Assembly: GCA_039810345.1 (NCBI GenBank)
Contig: JBDHWU010000011.1
Location: 10,571 to 74,570, forward strand
Direction: 5' to 3'
From: Aliarcobacter sp.
GTDB taxonomy: Bacteria > Campylobacterota > Campylobacteria > Campylobacterales > Arcobacteraceae
DNA: 64,000 nt
In this document: piece by piece, positions 8,762 through 17,700 of the stretch
Layout of the letters: every line of letters starts with the position of its first letter
Numbering within the stretch: position 1 is the stretch's first letter
The notes under the pieces: generated by a model
The model's database searches: none
What the model was told of the DNA's origin: nothing
What the model saw: the letters and a program-made list of their open reading frames with translations, nothing else
Position numbers and translations under genes: made by a program

Positions 8762-10795
8762 TTACTCTATTTCTGCTTCAGGTCTTCCTAAATAAAAACC
8801 TTGGAATTCATCTACTTGCATATCAATTAATCTTTTATAAACTTCTATACTATGAACAAACTCTGCTGTTATTTTAATATTTAATGCTTTAGAAAAATCA
8901 ATAATTGATTTTACCATCTCACTAGAGTTTTTATCAGTTGTAATATTTTTAATTAAAGAACCATCTATTTTAATAAAATCTGGTCTAATTTTCAAAATAT
9001 GTGCAAAGTTTGAATAACCCGTTCCAAAATCATCAATAGCTATTTTAATACCTTGTTTTCTATATTTACTTATAAAATCATCAAGAATTTGATATTCACT
9101 TATAGAATCACTTTCTAATATTTCAAATACTAATTTTGCTTTATTCTCAATATCTAGTCTATCTATATATTTATCTAACATATCAATAAAATCATTATTC
9201 ATAATATCATCAAAACTAATATTAAATGAGATATATTTTTGTGTTGTAGGAAGAAGTTTAATAATTTTTCCCAACATCTGATTTGCCAACTGTAAATACT
9301 GTTTTGTTTTAAATGCTGTATCTAAAAATAGATATGGTAAATGGTAAATCTCTTTTCCATGCATATCAAAATCTTTTATTCTCATTAATGCTTCATATTT
9401 AACAATTTGATTTTCTGTATTATAAATTGGTTGAAAAAATGGAACTACACAATCATTTAAAACAGCTTCTTTTATCTTTTCTCGCCAATAAATTGAGTTT
9501 TTAATACTCTCTTTTGTATCAATTTCAGCATTATAAACAAAAAATCTTTTACTTGATTTTTTTGCTCTATTTAGTGCTATTGTTGCTGTTTTTAAAGGCT
9601 CTTCCTGTGCTATAGAAATACCCAAAGTTACATTTATATACAATTCTAAATTCTCTTTTTCTATAAACAATTGAGTATCTTTAAATAGTTTTAAACTATC
9701 TGCTATAAATTCATCATATTTTGTAAAATTCATCATAGTTGTATTAACCAAAGCAAAAACATTTCCATATAATCTATAAGGTATAACTCCATATTTTTCT
9801 GAAAAAGTTTTTAATATTTTTGCTGTCTCAACTAAAACTAAATCTCCAACATTAAATCCATAAAGTTCATTTATATCAGCGAAAGAATCAATATCAAGCA
9901 ATACAACAGATACAAACTCACTATTTTTTATATCATCTTCAAGAGCAACCCTATTTCTAATTCCTGTTAGCCCATCTATATATAATCTATCTTTAAATAC
10001 TTTTTCTTGAATTTCAATATTTTTTCTATTTGATTCAACTTCATCAACTAAATTATTAAATTGTTTAGAAAGATGAACAATTTCATCTTTTGATTTAATA
10101 GATTTATCTAAATTTGAAACAATGTTTATCTTATTTACTTCTGACAACATTTTATTAATTGGAGCAACAATCTTAACTGTAATAAATACTCCAATTAAAG
10201 TTAATACACCAAAAAGTAATATTGAAATATTTAAAATAAGAGAATTAACTCCTGATGTAAAATTTAAAAAATCTTCTTTATAAACATTTGAAGCTATATA
10301 CCAATCAAATTTATCATTATGACTAACCCAAGAAACCTTTTTATAAATATAGTTATATGGATCATAAATTCTATTCCAGTCGTATTCCAATGGTTCTTTT
10401 GAAATAGAATGAGCTTTCATCTCTTCATAAAGATATTTTTTACCAACACCTGGAATTATCACATCTTCTAAAGATTTTGATGAGAACTCTCCACTAGGGT
10501 CAAAGATAATTTTTCCATTTTTGTCAAAGATAAAAACATACCCTGCTTTTCCTAAAGTAAGACTAGAAACAATAAGTTTCACCTGCTCTATTAACTGCTC
10601 TTTCTCTTCATACTTTCTTGATTCACTATTTATAGCTTGAGCTATCTTTTCAAACTGTCCTTTTGATATTTCAAGTTCAATATTTGATAAATATTCATTT
10701 ATCTTTGGAGATAGAAAGAATATAACAAAAACTATATAAAGCAAAAGACTTATTATCAAAAGCCACGCAATTTTAAAAAAGAGTTTAGTATTCAT
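8762..10795 (-). CDS. membrane sensor protein: periplasmic Cache-like domain, degenerate GGDEF, intact EAL (c-di-GMP phosphodiesterase)
   Basis: Two TM helices flank a roughly 170-aa periplasmic domain. The GGDEF position reads YGNVF, which is degenerate. EAL signatures are intact: YEALMRI, FNIS, FEILE, DDFGTGYS, KIDGS, EFQGFY. Confidence 0.85.
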   Translation of the reverse strand: MNTKLFFKIAWLLIISLLLYIVFVIFFLSPKINEYLSNIELEISKGQFEKIAQAINSESRKYEEKEQLIEQVKLIVSSLTLGKAGYVFIFDKNGKIIFDPSGEFSSKSLEDVIIPGVGKKYLYEEMKAHSISKEPLEYDWNRIYDPYNYIYKKVSWVSHNDKFDWYIASNVYKEDFLNFTSGVNSLILNISILLFGVLTLIGVFITVKIVAPINKMLSEVNKINIVSNLDKSIKSKDEIVHLSKQFNNLVDEVESNRKNIEIQEKVFKDRLYIDGLTGIRNRVALEDDIKNSEFVSVVLLDIDSFADINELYGFNVGDLVLVETAKILKTFSEKYGVIPYRLYGNVFALVNTTMMNFTKYDEFIADSLKLFKDTQLFIEKENLELYINVTLGISIAQEEPLKTATIALNRAKKSSKRFFVYNAEIDTKESIKNSIYWREKIKEAVLNDCVVPFFQPIYNTENQIVKYEALMRIKDFDMHGKEIYHLPYLFLDTAFKTKQYLQLANQMLGKIIKLLPTTQKYISFNISFDDIMNNDFIDMLDKYIDRLDIENKAKLVFEILESDSISEYQILDDFISKYRKQGIKIAIDDFGTGYSNFAHILKIRPDFIKIDGSLIKNITTDKNSSEMVKSIIDFSKALNIKITAEFVHSIEVYKRLIDMQVDEFQGFYLGRPEAEIE

Positions 10796-10797
10796 TT

Positions 10798-11604
10798 TTA
10801 CCCTATATTAGCAATTTTTTGCCCAAATTTTATATTTTGATTTAAAAGATTTTCTACTGTTACAAAATCTTTTTCCCAAATCATAACAACAGTTGAACCC
10901 ATTTTAAAATACCCTAAACAGTCAGCTTTTTGTATTTCTATATTATCATAGTTATAAACTTTTATCTCTTTTGTATCTTTATTTGTCTCAACCTGCGGCT
11001 CAAAAGTAAATACCATTTGACCAACATTTAAAGCCCCTACAAAAACCATATAAAACAGTTTTCCTTCACTTTCGCACTCTAAAATAACTCTTTCATTTTG
11101 TACAAAAAGTTCAAACTCTTTATTCAAATATTTCAGATTTACAGGATAAAGCTTTCCAGGGACATGAATAAGTTTCTTTAATTTAAAATCAATTGGTGAA
11201 TGGTATCTATGATAATCTTTTGGAGAGAGATAAAAATTCATAAATTGACCATTTTCTATCTTGTTATAATTATCTCTACAATAGTAAGTCAATAGCTCTT
11301 CAACACTATACTGCATACCTTTTATTTGTAATGCAATATCCTTTTTTAGCTCTCCACACTCAGTAACTAAACTATCTGTTGGAGATATAAAAATATTTTC
11401 ACTACTATTTATTTCTCTTTTAATTACTAATTCTCTTGTGAAAAGTTCATTTAATGTTTTATAATGTTTAGCATTTTTAAATTCACTCATATCTAACTTC
11501 ATTAACTTTACATAACTTGAATTAATTATTTTCTGAATAAAACTTGGGAATTTTGTTTTTGCAAATTTTCCAAAATATTGTGATAAAAGATTTGTAATAT
11601 GCAT
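10798..11604 (-). CDS. psd: phosphatidylserine decarboxylase proenzyme
   Basis: 268 aa with FKMGSTV (the G-S-T self-cleavage site) near the C-terminus. Confidence 0.9.
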   Translation of the reverse strand: MHITNLLSQYFGKFAKTKFPSFIQKIINSSYVKLMKLDMSEFKNAKHYKTLNELFTRELVIKREINSSENIFISPTDSLVTECGELKKDIALQIKGMQYSVEELLTYYCRDNYNKIENGQFMNFYLSPKDYHRYHSPIDFKLKKLIHVPGKLYPVNLKYLNKEFELFVQNERVILECESEGKLFYMVFVGALNVGQMVFTFEPQVETNKDTKEIKVYNYDNIEIQKADCLGYFKMGSTVVMIWEKDFVTVENLLNQNIKFGQKIANIG

Positions 11605-11718
11605 TTGCTTCCTTTAAAATTATGTATATATTATATCCTTTTTTCTTATTAATTTGCTTTAACAAATAAAATTAGATAAAATTTCGCTTTTAATTTTTAT
11701 TATTTAAAGGTATTTTTT

Positions 11719-11961
11719 ATGTTTAAGATTATAATTCAAGACCAATGTAGTTGTTTTAAAAAAAGTGATTTACAAAATAATTTGGAATTTTCTTCAAAAG
11801 ATGATGCTTTACTAAAAGCAATTGAGATGAAAAATATTATGAATAGAACTTTTTGCAGAAAACATGATTTTCAAATACAAGAGATGTTTAACAATCTTGT
11901 TATTAAGTTTTATAAAGATGAACCAATAAGTTCTTGTTGCGGAAATGGTTGTTGTATGTAA
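11719..11961 (+). CDS. small cysteine-rich hypothetical protein
   Basis: 80 aa with 7 Cys, including C-x-C near the N-terminus and a C-terminal SSCCGNGCCM. No RBS-grade evidence beyond the ORF. Confidence 0.4.
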   Translation: MFKIIIQDQCSCFKKSDLQNNLEFSSKDDALLKAIEMKNIMNRTFCRKHDFQIQEMFNNLVIKFYKDEPISSCCGNGCCM

Positions 11962-11978
11962 ATACAACAACTATTTTT

Positions 11979-13118
11979 TTAATACTTAGGTTTTAAAATA
12001 TACATTTTTCCTTTCTCTTTCATTCTTCCTGCATAATTAAAAGCTTCATTTCCAAATCCCCAGAAAAAGTCAGCTCTAATTTCACCCTTAATAGCTCCTC
12101 CAACATCAGCTGCTACCATCATTTGATTTAATGGCTCTTTTGTAACAGGGTTTTTTGTACTTAAAAATACAGGCATACCTAAAGGTATATAACTTCTATC
12201 AACTGCTAAGTTTCTTTTTGCTGTTAAAACAGTATTTAAAGCTCCAGTTGCTCCATTTGGAGAAACTCTAAAAAATACATAACTAGGATTTGATTTAAAA
12301 ACTTCATCCATAATCTTTGGATTTGCCATAAAAAAATCTTTCATTGCCTGAACACTCATCTCATCTTTTGTAATATAATTTTTTTCAATCAAATATGAAC
12401 CAATACTAAAATATGGCCAACCATTTTGTTCTGCATATCCAATATTTATAAGCTCTCCTGTATCAAGCTTTATTTTTCCACTTCCTTGAATATGTAAGAA
12501 AAATAGATCAAACTTATCATCAACATAAGCAATTGGAACTAAATTAGGATTTTTTGGATTATTTTCAATTTGCTCTCTTGTATCATAAGGTACAATTTTC
12601 CCTTTTACAATTTTCCCTCTTTTGCTCCCATTTGAGTTTTCTTTGTTTGTAACAATTAAATTTTTTGGTGTATAATAAATTGGATATTTATATCGTGAAG
12701 TTTTTTTTAGGCTTCCATATAAAAGTGGTTCATAATAACCTGTAATTGTACCTTCATCTTTTGCTTTGCTATCAAAAAGCTTATATGGTTCAAAATTTAA
12801 CATAAAAAATTTTCTTCCATCTTTTTCAAACTCTGCTTTTTGGCATACATTTTTAAAATCATCATATCTTTTTGATTTTTTACAATCCTTTTTGAAAACT
12901 TCCAAAGCATGGTTTAAATCATCCTCAAAAAAACCATCAATTTCTAAAAATGATACCTTTTTCATACCATTTTCAACTCCAGTTTCTACATTTTCAATAG
13001 CGACTTCTTTAGTTTTTTCAATAGCTGGAGCTTGTGGAATTTGTTCTTGTTTTTTTGAACATCCAGAAATTAAAAAAATAGCTAAAAATAAAAATAATAA
13101 ATTTTTCATATATGACAT
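11979..13118 (-). CDS. mltA: membrane-bound lytic murein transglycosylase A (lipoprotein)
   Basis: Lipobox LISGCS. MltA-like core and 3D domain (AVDRSYIPLGMPVFL...GGAIKGEIRADFFWG). Confidence 0.85.
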   Translation of the reverse strand: MSYMKNLLFLFLAIFLISGCSKKQEQIPQAPAIEKTKEVAIENVETGVENGMKKVSFLEIDGFFEDDLNHALEVFKKDCKKSKRYDDFKNVCQKAEFEKDGRKFFMLNFEPYKLFDSKAKDEGTITGYYEPLLYGSLKKTSRYKYPIYYTPKNLIVTNKENSNGSKRGKIVKGKIVPYDTREQIENNPKNPNLVPIAYVDDKFDLFFLHIQGSGKIKLDTGELINIGYAEQNGWPYFSIGSYLIEKNYITKDEMSVQAMKDFFMANPKIMDEVFKSNPSYVFFRVSPNGATGALNTVLTAKRNLAVDRSYIPLGMPVFLSTKNPVTKEPLNQMMVAADVGGAIKGEIRADFFWGFGNEAFNYAGRMKEKGKMYILKPKY

Positions 13119-13408
13119 CCATTTTGAGAATTTATAGAGTGTATCTCTTTTAAATCACAACTTTTACAAGAAAATTCAACCTCTTTTATACCTGAACAAC
13201 CATGGTCTTTTAAGACTCTTGTTTCAATAATCTCTTTTGTAAATTTTGTATTTGTATTTGTATCAAAAAAAATCTTTTTTGTTTCTAAACATCTAGGACA
13301 AGTCCCATTTAAAAGTTTAGAAAGTCGGCTTTGTTTTGATTTAAAAAAGATATATAGTAAAAATATTACTATAATAAAAGTTAATAATAGGAAAAATAGT
13401 GTTTGCAT
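13106..13408 (-). CDS. membrane-anchored zinc-ribbon-like hypothetical protein
   Basis: 100 aa. N-terminal TM helix, then the CPRC ... CKSC cysteine pairs. Lies between dnaK and mltA on the same strand. Confidence 0.45.
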   Translation of the reverse strand: MQTLFFLLLTFIIVIFLLYIFFKSKQSRLSKLLNGTCPRCLETKKIFFDTNTNTKFTKEIIETRVLKDHGCSGIKEVEFSCKSCDLKEIHSINSQNGCHI

Positions 13409-13418
13409 GAAGTAGAGA

Positions 13419-15311
13419 TTACTCTACTTCTGCATCGATAACATCGTCATCTTTTTTTGATTTTTGGTTTCCACCTTGAGCTTGTCCACCTTGACCTTGC
13501 TCACCCTCTTTTTTATACATAGCTTCTGCTAGTTTGTGAGATTTTTCTGTTAAAACTTTTAGTTTTTCATCAATTTGCTCTTTTGTTGCATTTTCATCTT
13601 TTAGAATTTCTTCTAAAGAAGCAGCAGCATCAATAATTGCTTTTTTCTCATCTTCACTTATTACATTTTCATTCTCTTCTAATGTTTTTCTAGTGCTATG
13701 TAACATAGCATCTGCTTGGTTTCTCGTTTCGATTAAAGCTTTTTTCTTAGCATCTGCATCTTTATTTGCTTCAGCTTCTGCTACCATTTTTGCAATTTCA
13801 TCATCACTTAATCCAGAACTTCCAGAAATTGTAATTTTATTCTCTTTTCCTGTTCCTTTATCTTTTGCACTTACATTTAAAACACCATTTGCATCAATAT
13901 CAAATGTTACTTCAATTTGTGGAACTCCTCTAGGAGCTGCTGGAATATCTGAAAGTTCAAACATACCTAAAGATTTATTATCTCTTGCAAAATCTCTTTC
14001 TCCTTGACAAACATGAATTGAAACTGCTGGTTGATTATCATCAGCTGTTGAGAATACTTGAGATTTTTTAACTGGAATTGTTGTTCCTTTTTCAATTAAT
14101 TTTGTCATAACTCCACCTAAAGTCTCAATTCCTAAGCTTAAAGGTGTAACATCAAGTAATAAAACATCTTTAACATCTCCTCTTAAAACTCCAGCTTGAA
14201 CAGCAGCTCCAGCAGCAACAACTTCGTCTGGATTTACACCTTTATTTAAATCTTTTCCAAAAAACTCTCTTACAACTTGATTTGCTTTTGGTAATCTTGT
14301 ACTTCCACCAACCATAATAACTTCATCAATATCGCCTTTATCAAGGTTTGCTTCTTTTAGTGCAACTTTAATATGAGATAGTGTTTCATCTATTAATTTT
14401 TCAGTCATAGCTTCAAATTTAGCTCTTGTTAAAGATTTTACTAAGTGAATAGGACCTGCATTTCCCATAGAGATAAATGGTAAGTTAATCTCTGTACTTT
14501 CAGCTGAGCTTAGCTCTTTTTTAGCATTTTCAGCTGCATCTTTTAATCTTTGAAGTGCCATTTTATCGTTTTTAACATCAAATCCATTTTCACTTTTGAA
14601 CTCTTCAGCTAACCAATCAATAATTGCATTATCAAAATCATCTCCACCTAAGAAAGCATTTCCATCTGTACTTAAAACTTCAAATGTTCCATCTCCAATT
14701 TCTAAAACAGTAACGTCAAATGTTCCTCCACCTAAATCGTAAACTAAAACTTTCTCTTCACCTTTTTTATCAAGTCCATAAGCTAAAGATGCCGCTGTTG
14801 GTTCATTTATGATTCTAAGTACATTTAATCCTGCAATTGTTCCTGCTTCTTGAGTAGCTTTTCTTTGTGCATCATTAAAGTAAGCTGGAACTGTAATAAC
14901 CGCATCTGTAACAGTGCTTCCTAAATACTCTTGGGCATCTGCTTTTAATTTTCCTAAAATTTTTGCTGAAATTTCTTGTGGAGTATAAACTTTTCCTGCA
15001 ATTTCAACAGCTGCTGCACCATTTCTATCAACTATTTTATATCCAACTTTACTTTGTGCCTCTTTAGCATTTTCTTCATTCATCATTAAACCCATAATTC
15101 TTTTTATAGAATATATTGTTTTTTCTGGATTTGTAATAGCTTGTCTTTTTGCTGGATCTCCAACTAAAACTTCACCTTTATCAGTAAATGCAACAATTGA
15201 TGGAGTTGTATTTTTCCCCTCTTTATTTGGAATAATTTTTGCTTCACCATTTTCATAAACTGCAACACAAGAGTTTGTTGTTCCTAAATCTATACCAATT
15301 ACTTTACTCAT
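13419..15311 (-). CDS. dnaK: molecular chaperone DnaK (Hsp70)
   Basis: 630 aa with [17 protein letters not shown] and a C-terminal acidic tail. Confidence 0.98.
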   Translation of the reverse strand: MSKVIGIDLGTTNSCVAVYENGEAKIIPNKEGKNTTPSIVAFTDKGEVLVGDPAKRQAITNPEKTIYSIKRIMGLMMNEENAKEAQSKVGYKIVDRNGAAAVEIAGKVYTPQEISAKILGKLKADAQEYLGSTVTDAVITVPAYFNDAQRKATQEAGTIAGLNVLRIINEPTAASLAYGLDKKGEEKVLVYDLGGGTFDVTVLEIGDGTFEVLSTDGNAFLGGDDFDNAIIDWLAEEFKSENGFDVKNDKMALQRLKDAAENAKKELSSAESTEINLPFISMGNAGPIHLVKSLTRAKFEAMTEKLIDETLSHIKVALKEANLDKGDIDEVIMVGGSTRLPKANQVVREFFGKDLNKGVNPDEVVAAGAAVQAGVLRGDVKDVLLLDVTPLSLGIETLGGVMTKLIEKGTTIPVKKSQVFSTADDNQPAVSIHVCQGERDFARDNKSLGMFELSDIPAAPRGVPQIEVTFDIDANGVLNVSAKDKGTGKENKITISGSSGLSDDEIAKMVAEAEANKDADAKKKALIETRNQADAMLHSTRKTLEENENVISEDEKKAIIDAAASLEEILKDENATKEQIDEKLKVLTEKSHKLAEAMYKKEGEQGQGGQAQGGNQKSKKDDDVIDAEVE

Positions 15312-15373
15312 TTTTTCTTCCTTTTATTAAGTTTTTTATTATTTTAAAATCTATTTATATTTTAGTTTTATGA

Positions 15374-15496
15374 CATCTCGGTCAAACTGCTTTTCGCACC
15401 AAGAGAAACAAAATATAAACAAAAAGAGACAATTTTACCCATTTGGTCAAAGCTTCCGCTTTGGGTTACCAAATGTGGTAAACTCTTGTCGAGATG
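15374..15496 (-). ncRNA. candidate structured RNA element in the grpE-dnaK spacer
   Basis: Outer helix CATCTCG (15374-80) / CGAGATG (15490-96). Second helix CAAGAG (15400-05) / CTCTTG (15483-88). Inner 14-bp interrupted hairpin at 15440-15475, capped in operon sense by GGAA (a GNRA loop). Locally higher GC than the flanks. Confidence 0.3.
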
Positions 15497-15521
15497 AGTT
15501 TATATGAAGTTTCTATCTAAA

Positions 15522-16079
15522 TTAATTTGCTATTGAAACCATTGAAGGCCTTAACAAACGGTCTTTTAATAAATAACCTTTTTGTAACTCTGCAACTATT
15601 TGCCCACTTTCGTGATTCTCGCTATCCACTTGCATTACAGCATTATGTACATTTGGGTCAAATTCCCCATTTGTTTCAACTTTTGTAATATTATGTTTTT
15701 CAAAAGTTGTTAAAAAGCTTTTAATTGTAAGCTCTATTCCCTCTTTTAATTTTGGTAAAAGCTCTTCTGCACTAATATTTGCATTTGCTGAAGCTAAAGC
15801 CATCTCAAGCGTATCAAGTGGAGTTAATAAATCTTTTGCAAACTTCTCACTTGCATAATCAATAGCCATAAACTTCTCTTTTTCAAGTCTCTTTTTGATA
15901 TTTTCAAAATCAGCATGAACTCTTAAAAACTTATCTTCACTCTCTTTTAACTCATTCTCAAGTCTAGTAACAACATCTTCAAGAGTCTCCTCTTTTGCTT
16001 CACAACACTCATTTTTTTCACAACAATTTTCAGCTTTTTCTAGCTCTTCATTTAATTGTTCTTCAATTTTTTCACTCAC
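15522..16079 (-). CDS. grpE: nucleotide exchange factor GrpE
   Basis: 185 aa, GrpE core (RVHADFENIKKR...GYLLKDRLLRPSMV), positioned between hrcA and dnaK. Confidence 0.95.
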   Translation of the reverse strand: MSEKIEEQLNEELEKAENCCEKNECCEAKEETLEDVVTRLENELKESEDKFLRVHADFENIKKRLEKEKFMAIDYASEKFAKDLLTPLDTLEMALASANANISAEELLPKLKEGIELTIKSFLTTFEKHNITKVETNGEFDPNVHNAVMQVDSENHESGQIVAELQKGYLLKDRLLRPSMVSIAN

Positions 16080-16089
16080 TTTTTACTCC

Positions 16090-16881
16090 TTAAAAATTTG
16101 TAATTTGTTTAAAAAAATATTCATAATCTTTAGACAAAGAACCAACAACAAACATCTTTACATCTTCATTATTGATTTTGCAAAATTTACAGATACCTAT
16201 ATAATTATTAGGTAAAAAACCATCAAAATATATACCCTCTTTTAGCTCATCCAAAATTGTACCTTTTAAAAACCTATCAATTGTAAACTCATCAAAATCA
16301 TAATTTAATGCTAAATATAAAAATTCTTTATAATTAAATATCTCAAAATCATTTACTTGCAAACTGTGACTTATACCACTATAAAGTTCGTAAGCTCCAA
16401 CATCCTTTGATATTTTTATAATATCATTTAGTGAATTCTTCAAAAAATCACTCAAAAATTTATATAAAACTTGATTAAATTTTATATTTACTGCAAAGCT
16501 TGTAAATTCTAAAATTATATATCTATTCTCGACATTTATAATATTTTCTAAAATATCATTCTTCTCTTTTTTAAGAAAAACACTTATTCCAATATTACTA
16601 GCTAAATATTCTAAAGCTTTTACATTTATACCGCTTAAAGAAAAATTTAATTTTCCTAGCCAATACTGTTTTAAAGCCTCATTTGTAGGGGTTCTTCCAC
16701 TACTTATATGCTCTTGAGCTAAAAAACCTTCGTCTCCTAGTTTTTTAAAATAACCTCTAATAGTAGCAGTTGAATAATCTAAATCATACATTGATTTTAA
16801 CTCTTTTGAGCCTATTGGTTCAAGATTTTCGATATATGCTTTTATAATTTTGTGCAATAAAAACTCTTTTTTATCTATCAT
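16090..16881 (-). CDS. hrcA: heat-inducible transcription repressor HrcA
   Basis: 263 aa with an N-terminal winged helix (EPIGSKEL...YSTATIRGYFKKL). First gene of hrcA-grpE-dnaK, with CIRCE upstream. Confidence 0.9.
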   Translation of the reverse strand: MIDKKEFLLHKIIKAYIENLEPIGSKELKSMYDLDYSTATIRGYFKKLGDEGFLAQEHISSGRTPTNEALKQYWLGKLNFSLSGINVKALEYLASNIGISVFLKKEKNDILENIINVENRYIILEFTSFAVNIKFNQVLYKFLSDFLKNSLNDIIKISKDVGAYELYSGISHSLQVNDFEIFNYKEFLYLALNYDFDEFTIDRFLKGTILDELKEGIYFDGFLPNNYIGICKFCKINNEDVKMFVVGSLSKDYEYFFKQITNF

Positions 16882-16901
16882 CTAAAACCTTTCATTATAA
16901 T

Positions 16902-16928
16902 TTAGCACTCTATATCTTAAACTGCTAA
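16902..16928 (-). promoter_or_regulatory. CIRCE operator (HrcA binding site)
   Basis: TTAGCACTC-N9-AACTGCTAA against the consensus TTAGCACTC-N9-GAGTGCTAA: left arm 9/9, right arm 7/9. Lies 21-47 nt upstream of the hrcA ATG. Confidence 0.75.
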
Positions 16929-16931
16929 AGA

Positions 16932-16961
16932 ATTATAACAAATTGAGTCAAAGTTTGTCAA
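16932..16961 (-). promoter_or_regulatory. sigma-70-type promoter of hrcA-grpE-dnaK
   Basis: On the minus strand: TTGACA, an 18-nt spacer, then TATAAT, ending 3 nt before CIRCE. Confidence 0.6.
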
Positions 16962-16976
16962 GTCTATTTTATGAAA

Positions 16977-17699
16977 TTAATATTTTATTTTAGAAAGATA
17001 TAAACCATTTGGAACTATGGGGGTTTTGAAGTGTAATTTTTGGCAATTTAACTGCTCTTTTAACTCTTTTATGCTCTTTTTTTTATCATTTATTGCCAAT
17101 AAAAAACCAACCATAAGCCTAATTTGACTTCTTAAATATGAGTTTGCTTCAAATTTAAAAACATAAATATCTTTATACTTATAAAATCTAGCATCAAAAA
17201 TTTCTCTTTTTGTCTGCTCTTTTTCACTGCCTGTTTTATGGAAATATTTAAAATCATAAACACCTATAAACTCTTTCATAGCTTCATTTATTAAAACTTC
17301 ATCAATAAATTTATGGTGTAAAATATATTTTTGATTAAATGGATTTGTCTCTTTTTGGGTAATTAAATATCTATAAACTCTTTTTTTTGCACTAAATCTT
17401 GAGTGGAAACTATCATCTACTTTATTTATCTTTAAAATTTTTATACTTTGGTTTACTCTTTTGTTTATTATATTTTTAAGTTTTTCTAAATCTTCCCAAA
17501 AATTTGGGATTTCACAATTAAAAACTTGTCCAGATGAGTGAACATCTCTATCTGTTCTTCCACTAAGTATTATTTTTGTTTCAATATTTATACTTTTAAA
17601 AACTTTTAAAAGCTCATCTTCAACTGTGATTTGATTTGGTTGCTTTTGGCTACCAAAAAAAACACTTCCATCGTAAGATATTGTGAATTTTAGATTCAA
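16977..17699 (-). CDS. truA: tRNA pseudouridine(38-40) synthase TruA
   Basis: 240 aa with LSGRTDRDVHSSGQV, the catalytic Asp motif. Confidence 0.9.
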   Translation of the reverse strand: MNLKFTISYDGSVFFGSQKQPNQITVEDELLKVFKSINIETKIILSGRTDRDVHSSGQVFNCEIPNFWEDLEKLKNIINKRVNQSIKILKINKVDDSFHSRFSAKKRVYRYLITQKETNPFNQKYILHHKFIDEVLINEAMKEFIGVYDFKYFHKTGSEKEQTKREIFDARFYKYKDIYVFKFEANSYLRSQIRLMVGFLLAINDKKKSIKELKEQLNCQKLHFKTPIVPNGLYLSKIKY

Positions 17700-17700
17700 T

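Noticed and set aside
13693-14007. 104-aa ORF antisense to dnaK. Similar antisense ORFs lie in mreB (31240-31503, 31522-31761), mnmG (29243-29601), lpxA (33311-33646), glmU (21948-22193), coaBC (20395-20649), nuoJ (57550-57933), mltA (12766-13137) and ribE (29954-30226).
   Set aside because: All lie within highly conserved genes on the other strand and have repetitive, Ser/Pro/Ile/Phe-rich compositions typical of antisense frames. There is no independent support.
15370-15507. Small ORFs inside the grpE-dnaK spacer: a 45-aa plus-strand ORF (MTSRSNCFSHQEKQ...) and a 24-aa minus-strand ORF (MGKIVSFCLYFVSLGAKSSLTEMS)
   Set aside because: Neither has a convincing RBS at proper spacing. The plus-strand ORF is antisense to the operon. 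The hydrophobic stretch of the 24-aa peptide is too short for a type I toxin-like TM helix. The nested base-pairing explains the sequence better. This possibility could be revisited with ribosome profiling.
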